From: a virus
Taxonomy: Duplodnaviria > Caudoviricetes
Length of the DNA: 64,000 bases
Direction: 5' to 3' (one strand)
Virus record (IMG/VR): IMGVR_UViG_3300037067_018912
Span: 256,001 to 320,000 of that record
A model generated the notes under the pieces. It saw only the letters and a list, made by a program, of their open reading frames with translations, was not told the DNA's origin and did not search any database. Shown piece by piece: positions 1 through 9,507 of the stretch. How positions within the stretch are numbered: the stretch's first letter is position 1; every line of letters begins with the position of its first letter. The position numbers and the translations under genes are program-made.

Positions 1-44
1 ACCGTGCCGAAAGGTGTGTGGGTTCGAATCCTACCTACTGCGCA
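1..44 (+). tRNA. 3' part of a tRNA cut by the window edge (long variable arm, probably Leu/Ser class)
   Basis: GTGGG-TTCGAAT-CCTAC T-arm preceded by a variable-arm hairpin; anticodon lies outside the window. Confidence 0.7.
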
Positions 45-358
45 ACATTAATTAAATAAGAAAGCGAGGCGTGTTTTCAAACTGCGAATCAAGAATAGAA
101 ATAAGATTTGGTGGTGGCGATTCGTTCACTACAATTATTTCCACAGAAGATTATTCCGTGAATTCTATGTGCAAAGGAAAAGATTCACAGAACGACAGAT
201 TAGGAAATACCATTTGTACCAAAAACTCGATGATCTGATTACCTTCCGATGGTGCAAATTGTATCACAGGTTGTTATTTTGGCTCGAAGAATAAATTCCT
301 GTATTTATTGATAACAACATTTGCTTTTATGCGTATAATGTTATAATTTTGATTTATC

Positions 359-1102
359 ATGTACATCATTGCAAAAAAGAAAGACTATTACGACGGGGTC
401 GCCGGAACGGTAGGAATTGACAAGACTATTGTCTATGACCGCCAAATCGTTGAACTCGAAATCGACAAGATGCCGAAACTCTTTGGAGTTAAAAAGGGTT
501 TTTGGGGTCTTTCGTACAAGGAAACGCCATTCAGGAAACTATCGTACCACAGCCTGAAAAGGGAATGTAAAAATGTGTGCGATGAGCATGCGTTCTTTAT
601 TATAGGGTTCTGCGGTAAGTTCTACATTGGTTGGAAATTGTATAAGGAAGTTCGGTTCGGATGGAATGGGGTGCACGACCGGATTACAACTACGATCACA
701 TACGACATGGATTACATCAAAACAATCCTTGAACCAAAAAGTTGGCATGGCAATCTTGCAGATAGTATTGATTACATCAAATCATACAACCCCTTGCAGA
801 TTTTCAGGGATTTGAAAACACCCGTGTTCGTTTTCGATAGCGATTATAACAGAACGTGGATCAGTAAGAACGTATATAACGACCATAGTCCGAAGTTCTT
901 TGTCAATCCCCTTTTGAAGGATTACGAATTCCCCAAAGTTTTCGATGCTTTTCAAACATTCCAAGAGATACAAATGTTTATCAGTGGAGTATTGGGTACA
1001 GGTGAAAAAGACATGGTCGAGATCGCCGACAAATATAAGATAATGGAGCATGGGTTCGACTATAAATGGTCTTTCAGAAAAGAACCGGAGGCGAAGAAAT
1101 GA
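359..1102 (+). CDS. hypothetical phage protein
   Basis: 247-aa ORF behind a TAATTTTG -7 box. Confidence 0.8.
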   Translation: MYIIAKKKDYYDGVAGTVGIDKTIVYDRQIVELEIDKMPKLFGVKKGFWGLSYKETPFRKLSYHSLKRECKNVCDEHAFFIIGFCGKFYIGWKLYKEVRFGWNGVHDRITTTITYDMDYIKTILEPKSWHGNLADSIDYIKSYNPLQIFRDLKTPVFVFDSDYNRTWISKNVYNDHSPKFFVNPLLKDYEFPKVFDAFQTFQEIQMFISGVLGTGEKDMVEIADKYKIMEHGFDYKWSFRKEPEAKK

Positions 1103-1258
1103 ACGGGTTAAGCAGGGAGGAATTAAGAGAGGTGTTAAGCAAACCTCCCCATAAACCAAACACAGACACAATAATCTGTTCAGAAAAATTCGCAGAGGCA
1201 TTGAAAAAAGCATTGGATGATTACGAAAATAACCGGAAGTCTACAATAAAAAAGGATT

Positions 1259-1462
1259 ATGGAAGAAAGAAGATTTTTTGAAATACACAGATCAGATGCC
1301 ATCAAGGTGTTGCTTTCAAAGGAAAAGACCCCAAGCCTCCACACCAATCTCAGGTTGGCGGAACTGCTTGAGGAACGTTTCCCGAAGAAAGACAGGCATT
1401 ACATTGTCAAGGAAGATGATATTGAATTGAACGATAATGCGTTGACTTCATCAACTTTTTAA
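1259..1462 (+). CDS. hypothetical protein
   Basis: 67-aa ORF in a tightly packed operon. Confidence 0.6.
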   Translation: MEERRFFEIHRSDAIKVLLSKEKTPSLHTNLRLAELLEERFPKKDRHYIVKEDDIELNDNALTSSTF

Positions 1463-1672
1463 ATGGGTGCTTTCGATAACATCAAAGGTGATATCAAGGC
1501 TCAACTTGATAAAATTGATTATCAAGGCGATTTGAGTGATATTGGTAACGAAATCGGTATTGCAATCGGAAAATACGTCCGTGAGAAAGATGATGATTCG
1601 GGTTGGGATTTAACGGATTTCATCCACGGTGTGAAACACGGGATTTCTTTGGTAAACGGTACACATTCATGA
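1463..1672 (+). CDS. hypothetical protein
   Basis: 69-aa ORF abutting the previous stop. Confidence 0.65.
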   Translation: MGAFDNIKGDIKAQLDKIDYQGDLSDIGNEIGIAIGKYVREKDDDSGWDLTDFIHGVKHGISLVNGTHS

Positions 1673-1735
1673 AAAACGTTTATTTTTCATGAAAAACGTT
1701 TATCTTTCATGTGATTTTATGAAAAACATTTATTA
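1666..1735. repeat. 20-bp tandem repeat TTCATGAAAAACGTTTATTT (2 near-exact copies + 1 degenerate) upstream of tmRNA
   Basis: Copies at 1666, 1686 and ~1716; ATGAAAAA/TTTTTCAT dyad across the junction. Confidence 0.8.
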
Positions 1736-1754
1736 TTAACGTTCTTTAACATCA

Positions 1755-2117
1755 GGGGGTGCTTTGGCTTTGACAGCGTGAACGGGATATGACGCAAGCA
1801 AGTGGTAGTTGAATCGGACTACCTTAAAAAGGTTCAAAACAATAGAAGCAGAGGATATAATGTCCATTCCAACTTCCCTCACAAGGGGAAGAAGCGTTTT
1901 CGTTGAGAGTGCTGAACTCATCGCAGCGTAAGGAAGCAACAAACGGCAAAAAACTTCCCAAATCATTCAGGTCTTTTGAAATCTGGTTTTTGGAAGATAC
2001 AGGAAGTAAAATAAAAGAATTGAATCAGATATGTTGACTGTTCTGAAAAACAGTATAAACTTGTAGAAAACGCATTGATCGCATGTTTGGACCGGGGTTC
2101 GACTCCCCGCACCTCCA
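1755..2117 (+). ncRNA. ssrA: tmRNA; predicted tag AEDIMSIPTSLTRGRSVFVESAELIAA* (1848-1931)
   Basis: 5' GGGGGTG pairs with 3' CACCTCC-A with G3:U70; CGGGG-TTCGACT-CCCCG T-arm; internal ORF ends in ...IAA-stop. Confidence 0.93.
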
Positions 2118-2143
2118 CTTAAACAATTGTAAATTAATTATTT

Positions 2144-2578
2144 ATGAGTCTCGACATTAAAAAAATGATAAAACAAATGAGGGAATGGAGTCAGTCTGAT
2201 GAAGGCAGGGCATTTTTCGAACAGCGAAAAGTTGAGCATGAAATCAGATTACAACGTTTCAAAAGATTTGAAAAATACCTTGAGACTCACGACTTTGATG
2301 AATTGATGTATCGATTGATACTCGAACACGACGACGAGTATCGTGAAAAATGCCGAGAAAAGGGATTCGAGGACTATCCGAACAACAAATTGCAGTTCGT
2401 CTTCGACTATGTTGTATACAACACAGAAAGACTTGATCCGACACCCAATGAAATTATTTCAGACTTCCCGGAGGAAGCATATGAGTTCAAAGGGTATTAT
2501 TTCCAAATCATATTCGGGCAAGGGAGTTTCATCCGCATATTCAATAAAGAGGACAAAAAACTGCTATTGGCCGTTTAA
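2144..2578 (+). CDS. hypothetical protein
   Basis: 144-aa ORF, A/T-rich start context. Confidence 0.75.
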   Translation: MSLDIKKMIKQMREWSQSDEGRAFFEQRKVEHEIRLQRFKRFEKYLETHDFDELMYRLILEHDDEYREKCREKGFEDYPNNKLQFVFDYVVYNTERLDPTPNEIISDFPEEAYEFKGYYFQIIFGQGSFIRIFNKEDKKLLLAV

Positions 2579-2581
2579 TCC

Positions 2582-2668
2582 GGCTCTGTGATGAAATTGG
2601 TAGTACATGCTGGTCTTAAAAACCAGTGGTCCGCAAGGATCGTGTCGGTTCAACTCCGATCAGAGCCA
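2582..2668 (+). tRNA. tRNA-Leu(TAA)
   Basis: Cloverleaf, CTGGT-CT TAA AA-ACCAG, long variable arm. Confidence 0.93.
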
Positions 2669-2683
2669 CAAAAACAAAATCAA

Positions 2684-2959
2684 ATGGAACTATCGTCTGA
2701 ATTAAAAAAAGTGGTTCAAATCGAAATCCGGAAGGACTGTCGTGAGGAAGCAATAAGAATCCTTGAACTCGCCGATGAAAAAGACCGGGAGGATTTCCTC
2801 AAGTACCACCGACAGGATTTGGGAAACCTCTGTTGTTCAGTTCTTGACTATGCAAAGAAAAAATTGGTTGAAGAGGGTAAGATAGAACAAAAAGAAGGTG
2901 ATTGTTTCGAAGACCCATATAAATGGTTGGAAGAAAATGGCGATAAGAAAGGGAAATAA
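2684..2959 (+). CDS. hypothetical protein (start moved to the ATG after the tRNA)
   Basis: MELSSELKK...; the upstream part of the tracked ORF overlaps tRNA-Leu. Confidence 0.7.
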   Translation: MELSSELKKVVQIEIRKDCREEAIRILELADEKDREDFLKYHRQDLGNLCCSVLDYAKKKLVEEGKIEQKEGDCFEDPYKWLEENGDKKGK

Positions 2960-3059
2960 TGATTGTGGTTGCGGTAAACCTGTCAGGAATTCTGATAAAA
3001 AGAACGGCAAAGGAAAACCTCCGGTGAAAAAGACTGTGACTAAAAGAAAATAAGCATAT

Positions 3060-3133
3060 GCCCATGTGATGGAACTGGTATACGTGTTCGTCTCAAAAGC
3101 GAAATTTTGTGGGTTCGAATCCCACCTTGGGCA
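3060..3133 (+). tRNA. tRNA-Leu(CAA), short variable loop
   Basis: TTCGT-CT CAA AA-GCGAA; only ATTTT between anticodon and T arms. Confidence 0.88.
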
Positions 3134-3398
3134 CAATTTGAAAACTTTCTCGTTATTGTAACGAATTACAATTTCCATCGTATTATCTTTGTATATGGCC
3201 ATTATGATGGAAAAGGACAAGAAGGACTACAAATTCGAATATTACAAGCCTCCAAAGAACGAATTGACTTGGAGGGAAGCCTTGTTGATATACGGAATTA
3301 TCATTGGCGGGAATGTTCTTATTATTATCATAATCATATTATCAGTAAAAAAATGGTGATTTCATTCTGTTCAGCGTATTTATGACAAACGGTTCACC

Positions 3399-3659
3399 AT
3401 GAAAAAGATTACCGATATCATTAATGAAGAACTTGTCAAGTTGAATGAACTTGCAGGAGAAAAATATTATCAATGGACGGATAAATCCGGAAGGGGCGAA
3501 AAACCACTAAAACTCGCCAAATCAAATATTGCAAAAACCTGGGATTTGGACGAAGAAGATTGGTTTGGCAAGACATTGGGTGAATTTCTTGAGGAAAGTT
3601 ACATCGGTGATGTTTGGGAGACCCGAACTGAAAAACTTGAATGCATTGGAATATATTAA
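3399..3659 (+). CDS. hypothetical protein with N-terminal IINEE motif
   Basis: MKKITDIINEELVKLNE; GTATTTAT 23 nt upstream. Confidence 0.75.
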   Translation: MKKITDIINEELVKLNELAGEKYYQWTDKSGRGEKPLKLAKSNIAKTWDLDEEDWFGKTLGEFLEESYIGDVWETRTEKLECIGIY

Positions 3660-3730
3660 TCACATAAACACAACAAAATGAAGAAAATTACTGATGCCTT
3701 GTAGGTTGCTCACATGCTGCCACAAGGAAA

Positions 3731-4024
3731 ATGTACAAAAATTTAGTTAAATCGACCACCAATCGTGGTGAGTTTAATCGTGCTTATAAAGCATATCTTG
3801 AATCAACAAAAGCAGAAATTCATTGCTCCCGCTGCCCATATCATCGTAATGAAAACGATGACAGAAAATATTACGGCGGATATCGCAGGATGAACGGTCA
3901 TTTATCAATAAGTTTCCCTAATTGGAAACTCGTTTCGAAAAACCGCAAGCAATGGATGAAAAAACCAATGAAAATTATTACAGAGGTCAAACACGACCGT
4001 GAATACACTGAAATTAAATTTTAG
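3731..4024 (+). CDS. basic hypothetical protein with CxxCxxH motif
   Basis: 97-aa ORF, HCSRCPYH. Confidence 0.7.
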   Translation: MYKNLVKSTTNRGEFNRAYKAYLESTKAEIHCSRCPYHRNENDDRKYYGGYRRMNGHLSISFPNWKLVSKNRKQWMKKPMKIITEVKHDREYTEIKF

Positions 4025-4038
4025 TGTATTCCTTTTAT

Positions 4039-4111
4039 GCCGCTATCGCTCCAAAGGTTAGGACGATTCTCTCATAAGGAATAGATCATGGTTCGACTCC
4101 ATGTAGCGGTA
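4039..4111 (+). tRNA. tRNA with CAT anticodon (Met or lysidine-modified Ile2)
   Basis: ATTCT-CT CAT AA-GGAAT; GCCGCTA/TAGCGGT acceptor stem. Confidence 0.85.
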
Positions 4112-4114
4112 CAA

Positions 4115-4474
4115 TTATTCCAGCATGTCTTTCTTCTTCTTGCCTTCCTTAATGTAATATTTGTCTTGTACATTTTGAACGGCCTGCGTTTGCATAGGGT
4201 TCAACTTGTTCAAGAACGGTTTGAAAAAGGAAATGAGTAGGGGATATCTCACCAAAATGTTTGCAATATCCTCACCCTCGAAATTATCTAAATGAAACCT
4301 GTATCTGTCGATCAACATTGGGTTGTTTAACAATTCATCGGCCATTTTCTTGCTTCTTTTCTTTGGATCGGCAGCAAAAAACTGAAATTTTTCATCCATA
4401 TCGCTTGGTATGTTGAATGTCGGGTCGACCCTTTCCATGACTTCGAAAAGCCGTTGCCTGTTGTCTTTTTTCAT
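4115..4474 (-). CDS. hypothetical protein
   Basis: 119-aa ORF, last gene of a minus-strand operon. Confidence 0.75.
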   Translation of the reverse strand: MKKDNRQRLFEVMERVDPTFNIPSDMDEKFQFFAADPKKRSKKMADELLNNPMLIDRYRFHLDNFEGEDIANILVRYPLLISFFKPFLNKLNPMQTQAVQNVQDKYYIKEGKKKKDMLE

Positions 4475-4478
4475 GCTA

Positions 4479-5321
4479 TTATACGATTATTCCTTCCACC
4501 CAATCACTATCGCCAGATTCTGCCACTTGTTTTACTCCTCCCTGACCAAATTGTAAGGTTTTAATCACTTTATCGTCAAGAAGTTTCCCAAGCAATTCAT
4601 CGGAAAGCGGTATATAGGATATTCCACGGGCGAAACTTCTTTTAAGAGGTGCTTGAAGTACTTCAGCATTTTGCGTTTCAACGAACGTCACTTCGGCATT
4701 TCTATATCTTCCACGTTTTATCATATAGTCGAAGAATTTGTTCAGATATTCCATTTCCACGCTATTGGCAAACATACTCGGAGTTATTGTCATTATGTAA
4801 TATTTCCCATCAAGATTAAGTATTATGGCGATCAAAATCCTTGCATTATTTTGTTTAGTCACATCCGACACCTCCATTTGATCTGTGTTTACTGGAGTTA
4901 TTTTAAATCCAAGACCCATTGAATTGATCCTGTCTGCCTCCCATAAAAAATAACGTCCGTGTGGATTACCTTGACGTAATTGATCCTTATTAGAGAACAA
5001 TTTGACATGTATCATTTCATGTGCCATCACATCCTTGAATATGCGATACGACATTCTGTAAAAATTAGACATGGCCAAGTGCTCAACTAATATCTCCTCG
5101 CTCACCCTGTTCCTTTTATATTTGACGTGACCCAATGCACGTTTCCTGGTGCTCCACACCATCGGTACTCTCGGCAACTTATTCTCAAAAAGTTGCACGT
5201 TTAATCTGTCGTATTCATGTTGTAAATCGATCTGTTTTGGATCGATGAATTCATCGTCACGATATTCAACATATTCATTAATGAACTTGCCGATTTCCTC
5301 ATTTATTATTGTTTTCAACAT
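4479..5321 (-). CDS. SprT-like zinc metalloprotease with N-terminal IINEE motif
   Basis: LNVQLFENKLP...AHEMIH...HGRYF SprT-type motifs. Confidence 0.8.
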   Translation of the reverse strand: MLKTIINEEIGKFINEYVEYRDDEFIDPKQIDLQHEYDRLNVQLFENKLPRVPMVWSTRKRALGHVKYKRNRVSEEILVEHLAMSNFYRMSYRIFKDVMAHEMIHVKLFSNKDQLRQGNPHGRYFLWEADRINSMGLGFKITPVNTDQMEVSDVTKQNNARILIAIILNLDGKYYIMTITPSMFANSVEMEYLNKFFDYMIKRGRYRNAEVTFVETQNAEVLQAPLKRSFARGISYIPLSDELLGKLLDDKVIKTLQFGQGGVKQVAESGDSDWVEGIIV

Positions 5322-5332
5322 GCCGCACAATG

Positions 5333-6064
5333 TTAAAAGTAAATTCTGCAGGTTTGAGTGTTGAAATCGAAATCAAGTCCCATGACGTACAACGATTTGT
5401 TGAGTGCAAGGACGACATTATCTTCCGTTTCAAATTTCCAATCAACCTCGGCGATGTTCTTAACAGTTTCTTGGACGACTTCATCGGATTGCCTGTCAAG
5501 GAATTGAAGTTTATATTGACCCTCGACTTTTTCACCGTGGACTGCGAAATTCTCGATGCCGTATCCGTTTACCCAAAAAACCACCTGCCATGTGACGGCG
5601 ATGTTGCTCTCCGATATATCGGTGTCGTATTCGCTTGAAAATGATGCATAATTATAAAAACCGACCTTGGCACTGTTCACAGGTTGAATGAAATTGAAAT
5701 TTTCGCCGCCAACAACAACAGTCCCGCTATTATAACTTCTTTGAATTTCCTCTTTTATGATATTTTTCAGATCATTGGCAACATTTCTCATGTGTTTATT
5801 GTCTTTATAAACAAATCTTTTGTTATGGTTGTCATAAAGTGCTTTGCCAGTTGCATCAATAATTTGAATAACTTCAAACGGTGAAGATATTTGTGTCGTT
5901 TGAACAACTTTTAGTGCGTCCTCCAATTCAAATTTTTGTACGTTTGGGTCTGAAAAGGGTTTATTTGTGTAATATACCGAATATGGATAACCAGGACCCC
6001 TGTATTCACCAACATACCCTTTCTCACCGTGTGAAACTTTTCTAATGACAACAGGATTTTCCAT
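5333..6064 (-). CDS. hypothetical protein (internal IIKEEI motif)
   Basis: 243-aa ORF; minus-strand GTATTTAT at 6082-6089. Confidence 0.75.
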   Translation of the reverse strand: MENPVVIRKVSHGEKGYVGEYRGPGYPYSVYYTNKPFSDPNVQKFELEDALKVVQTTQISSPFEVIQIIDATGKALYDNHNKRFVYKDNKHMRNVANDLKNIIKEEIQRSYNSGTVVVGGENFNFIQPVNSAKVGFYNYASFSSEYDTDISESNIAVTWQVVFWVNGYGIENFAVHGEKVEGQYKLQFLDRQSDEVVQETVKNIAEVDWKFETEDNVVLALNKSLYVMGLDFDFNTQTCRIYF

Positions 6065-6141
6065 TAATCAACTATTTTTTTATAAATACTTGACAATCGT
6101 TTAAAATTGTAGTTGTTTTGTTATAATAATATCGTGTTGTT

Positions 6142-6678
6142 ATGGGTAAACCAATTGTTGTCAATCTTTTTGCCGGTCCGGGAACAGGTAAAAGCACGTC
6201 ATGTGCACAGATATTTGCAGAATTAAAGCACCAAGGTATTAATTGTGAAATGGTGCGTGAATTTGCCAAAGACAAAGTATGGGAGAATTCTCTTGACGTC
6301 CTCAATGATCAGATTTATATTTTCGGCAAACAACAGCACAGAATGAAAATATTGATTGGACAAGTTGATGTAATTATCACAGATTCCCCGCTTTTATTAT
6401 CAATCATTTATGATAAATCAGACAATCAAAATTTTAAAAATTTGGTTGTTGATACACATAATGAATTCAAAAACATTAATATCTTTCTCGTGAGAGAAAA
6501 ACCATATAATCCGAAAGGTAGGGTTCAAAACGAAGAAAAGGCTAAACTTTTAGATGTTAAAATTAAATCATTACTGACTGAATTAAACATTCCATACCTC
6601 TGTATAAAAAGCAACCGGGAGAGCATTTTTGATTTAAGCAAAACGATGCTAACGTCTTTAAAAAAAAATGTGGTATGA
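6142..6678 (+). CDS. P-loop nucleotide kinase-like ATPase (AAA_28/NadR-like)
   Basis: NLFAGPGTGKST Walker A; VIITDSPLLLS; YNPKGRVQ. Confidence 0.8.
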   Translation: MGKPIVVNLFAGPGTGKSTSCAQIFAELKHQGINCEMVREFAKDKVWENSLDVLNDQIYIFGKQQHRMKILIGQVDVIITDSPLLLSIIYDKSDNQNFKNLVVDTHNEFKNINIFLVREKPYNPKGRVQNEEKAKLLDVKIKSLLTELNIPYLCIKSNRESIFDLSKTMLTSLKKNVV

Positions 6679-7193
6679 ACGTCGTCAAACAAGAATATTG
6701 TAGTGCAAAATCTTGTATAAAACAAATCCCGGCAGGATTCGGGATTGTTAGTAAGTATTTCGGATGGAAACCAAACACGGTTAATTTCGACATTGGCGGT
6801 GGAAAGTATGACTTAATGACCGAGAAATTGAAAGAGAAGGGTGTGACAAATTTGGTCTACGATCCATACAACAGAAGCCAAATTCACAATATTGTTGTCA
6901 CAAATAATGTTATTTTCAATAACGGTGTTAATACTGTGACAATATTCAACGTTCTTAATGTAATCATGGAAAAGGAAATCCAATTGAAAGTGATTAAAAT
7001 GGCATATAACGCACTCAAAACCGGGGGAATGCTCTTTGTCAGGTCAACCTATATGAACCCCGCTAAAGCCTCCGGATTAACAAAATCGGGCACTTTTCAG
7101 CACTATCTAACACAAATTGATTATTTGAAAATTGTTCGGCAGATTTTTCCACATGCAGAACTGAAACACGGAATCATATTTGCAACAAAATGA
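6675..7193 (+). CDS. class I SAM-dependent methyltransferase
   Basis: FDIGGGKYD motif I, VYDPYNR, FNVLNVI. Confidence 0.75.
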   Translation: MNVVKQEYCSAKSCIKQIPAGFGIVSKYFGWKPNTVNFDIGGGKYDLMTEKLKEKGVTNLVYDPYNRSQIHNIVVTNNVIFNNGVNTVTIFNVLNVIMEKEIQLKVIKMAYNALKTGGMLFVRSTYMNPAKASGLTKSGTFQHYLTQIDYLKIVRQIFPHAELKHGIIFATK

Positions 7194-8122
7194 ACGTTTT
7201 ATCCCTTTTTGATGGCATATCTTGTGGACGTTTGGCGTTGGAACGGGCGGGGGTAAAGTATGATAACTACTATTCCTCTGAAATTGACTATTATGCCATT
7301 AAAATTGCACAAAAGAACTACCCAAACACAATCCAATTGGGAGATGTTTGTAACATAAGACTCGTTGATTTACCCGAAATTGATCTTCTTATCGGTGGTA
7401 GTCCGTGTCAAGGATTCAGTATAGCCGGAAGCAAATTGAATTTTACCGATCATCGAAGTGTACTTTTCTTTGAATTCGTTCGGTTGATGAAAGTGAAACC
7501 CAAGCATTTTCTTCTTGAAAACGTGAAAATGAAGAAAGAATGGAGAGACATTATCAGCGAATATCTTGAAGTCGAACCGATTGAAATTAATTCGAATCTT
7601 GCATCGGCTCAAAACAGGAAAAGACTTTATTGGACAAATATACCGGGTATCACACAACCCGTGGACAAAAAGATATTTTTAAAGGATGTTTTGGAAAAAA
7701 ATATCGGAGACGTTGAATTCGAGATACCCACCGAAATTGTGAATAAATGTGATATTGAAAGATTCCGCAATACAGGCGTCTCCCAAGTTATGTTCACCGA
7801 AAGACGGACGGAAGAAGCCAAAAGGATAAGACGAGAGTATCAACAATTATATAAAAGGGATTTCTGCCCCCGAAGGGCGAAAGAACTCATTCCACGGACT
7901 GATAATAAAAGTAACTGTTTGACGACTTCATTGACTAAAGAACACATTTTACTCGATGAATCACAAAATTTCAGATATCTTACCCCACTTGAGTGTGAGC
8001 GTCTTCAAACACTACCCGACAATTACACAGAACTTGAAGGAATCTCAAACAACCAACGATACAAAATGATCGGCAACGGTTGGACTGTGGATGTAATCGC
8101 ACACATCTTATCGTTTATATAA
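7190..8122 (+). CDS. dcm: DNA (cytosine-5)-methyltransferase
   Basis: SLFDGISCG, GGSPCQGFS, LLENV, QNRKRLYW, ECERLQ, GNGWTV. Confidence 0.95.
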   Translation: MNVLSLFDGISCGRLALERAGVKYDNYYSSEIDYYAIKIAQKNYPNTIQLGDVCNIRLVDLPEIDLLIGGSPCQGFSIAGSKLNFTDHRSVLFFEFVRLMKVKPKHFLLENVKMKKEWRDIISEYLEVEPIEINSNLASAQNRKRLYWTNIPGITQPVDKKIFLKDVLEKNIGDVEFEIPTEIVNKCDIERFRNTGVSQVMFTERRTEEAKRIRREYQQLYKRDFCPRRAKELIPRTDNKSNCLTTSLTKEHILLDESQNFRYLTPLECERLQTLPDNYTELEGISNNQRYKMIGNGWTVDVIAHILSFI

Positions 8123-8127
8123 CAATA

Positions 8128-8496
8128 TCATCCACCGAAGATCAATTTAACCTTCTCCTCAATTTCTTCGGGAGTGAAATTGGAAATCGATTCTGCTTTT
8201 GTGGTTATAATGTGCTCGTTCTTCAATAAGACACGAATTTCACCTTCTTTGACATCACCTTCAATAAAGACTCCAGATTCCGTTCCCTTGAATCTTTTTA
8301 AATCACCACCGTCGGGAATATTGGTAAAATCAAGATAATAGCAACCCTTTTTGAATTCCAGCACGGTTGATTTCTCTTTTTCAACGAAAAGCCTTTGTTT
8401 TATCAATTTCTTTTCTTTCTCCTTGTTCCAAAAACCAGGATCGACCCTTTGTATCGCTTTCAGCAATAATACTGAACCATGTGTGAAATTGGTCAT
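8128..8496 (-). CDS. hypothetical protein
   Basis: 122-aa ORF; minus-strand GTATTTAT 25 nt upstream. Confidence 0.7.
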   Translation of the reverse strand: MTNFTHGSVLLLKAIQRVDPGFWNKEKEKKLIKQRLFVEKEKSTVLEFKKGCYYLDFTNIPDGGDLKRFKGTESGVFIEGDVKEGEIRVLLKNEHIITTKAESISNFTPEEIEEKVKLIFGG

Positions 8497-8540
8497 AATT
8501 TAAAGATTTTAACATAAATACAAAATTATTTAGATTTTTT

Positions 8541-8582
8541 TGTAACTTTTATTTGTTAGTCTCGTATTTATTCGTACATTTG
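8541..8582 (+). promoter_or_regulatory. stacked promoters (ECF-type TGTAAC-N16-CGTA, GTATTTAT, Bacteroidota -7 TACATTTG)
   Basis: TGTAAC 8541, CGTA 8563, TACATTTG 8575. Confidence 0.7.
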
Positions 8583-8619
8583 CATCACGATTTTTGATAA
8601 ACTAAGTAAAAACAATATA

Positions 8620-8712
8620 ATGTTTGCATTCGGAACATATTATTACACCAAGAAATCTTATAAAAAGCAATTTATAGGAATCGGGAATAATATGTCCACA
8701 TGCGAAAGATAA
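8620..8712 (+). CDS. Tyr/Lys-rich leader peptide MFAFGTYYYTKKSYKKQFIGIGNNMSTCER (attenuator 1)
   Basis: 30-aa ORF between promoter and terminator; TAT TAT TAC ACC AAG AAA TCT TAT AAA AAG; upstream of Lys/Tyr tRNAs. Confidence 0.85.
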   Translation: MFAFGTYYYTKKSYKKQFIGIGNNMSTCER

Positions 8713-8737
8713 GCAATGATCTTTGCATTATGCACTG

Positions 8738-8767
8738 AAAACCCGGTTCGAAAGACCGGGTTTTTTT
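8738..8767 (+). terminator. intrinsic terminator of attenuator 1
   Basis: AAAACCCGGT-TCGAAAG-ACCGGGTTTTTTT; 5' arm can pair with GAATCGGG at 8678-8685. Confidence 0.9.
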
Positions 8768-8777
8768 GTTTTATGTT

Positions 8778-8849
8778 GATCTCGTAGCAAAGTTGGTTTA
8801 GCCTCGGACTTTTAATCCGAAGACGTGGGTTCGAGTCCCACCGGGATCA
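8778..8849 (+). tRNA. tRNA-Lys(TTT)
   Basis: TCGGA-CT TTT AA-TCCGA cloverleaf. Confidence 0.92.
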
Positions 8850-8919
8850 CAGCGATGGAGACATTTGGAACTTTTGTAGAACAGCCGCACAAATGCGTGG
8901 AAGCGTAAAAGTTCAATAA

Positions 8920-8998
8920 GGAAGTGTTGGGTGCTGGAATACCCAAGAGTCTGTAAAACTCCCGCTTCGGCATGTAGGTTCGAGTCCTACCACTTCCA
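8920..8998 (+). tRNA. tRNA-Tyr(GTA)
   Basis: GAGT-CT GTA AA-ACTC, variable arm, GGAAGTG/CACTTCC acceptor. Confidence 0.9.
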
Positions 8999-9073
8999 CT
9001 AACTGAAACCGTGTGAACCGGAGTTTCTGTTAACCCGTTCAATTAGAACGGGAAGAGTTTAAAAGGTTCATTT

Positions 9074-9157
9074 GTATCCGTAGCAAAGAGGCTATGCACC
9101 AGACTTTTAATCTGGGGACAGTATTGTCCTACGTGGGTTCGAATCCCACCGGGTACA
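9074..9157 (+). tRNA. tRNA-Lys(TTT) with long variable arm
   Basis: CCAGA-CT TTT AA-TCTGG then GGACA-GTAT-TGTCC arm. Confidence 0.88.
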
Positions 9158-9222
9158 CTGATAAAACTTAACGTGGTCGGAAGTTTATTATTCCGAAAGG
9201 CAACTGTTTCAAGATCACAAAT

Positions 9223-9304
9223 GCAGTCGTGGCAGAATGGCCATGCTCCTGACTCTTAATCAGGGTACGAAAGTACGATGGGGGTTCGAATCCCTTCGGC
9301 TGCA
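9223..9304 (+). tRNA. tRNA-Lys(CTT) with long variable arm
   Basis: CCTGA-CT CTT AA-TCAGG then GTAC-GAAA-GTAC arm. Confidence 0.88.
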
Positions 9305-9310
9305 CAAAAT

Positions 9311-9382
9311 GTCTTCGTGGCTCAACGGTAGAGTAACTGACTCTTAATCAGTGGGTTGTGGGTTCGAATCCCACCGGGGACA
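9311..9382 (+). tRNA. tRNA-Lys(CTT)
   Basis: ACTGA-CT CTT AA-TCAGT canonical cloverleaf. Confidence 0.93.
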
Positions 9383-9388
9383 CAAAAT

Positions 9389-9502
9389 GGGAGTGTGGTC
9401 GAGCGGTAGACGCAGGCTGAATTGGTACACTGTTTGGGTTTACAACCTTAACAAACAGAGGAAGCCTGATAAGTACGCAGGTTCGAATCCTGCCACCCTC
9501 CA
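9389..9502 (+). ncRNA. tRNA-like RNA with expanded anticodon arm
   Basis: D and T arms intact; CAGGCT/AGCCTG stem encloses ~44 nt including a CTGTTTG/CAAACAG hairpin. Confidence 0.7.
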
Positions 9503-9507
9503 CAAAA

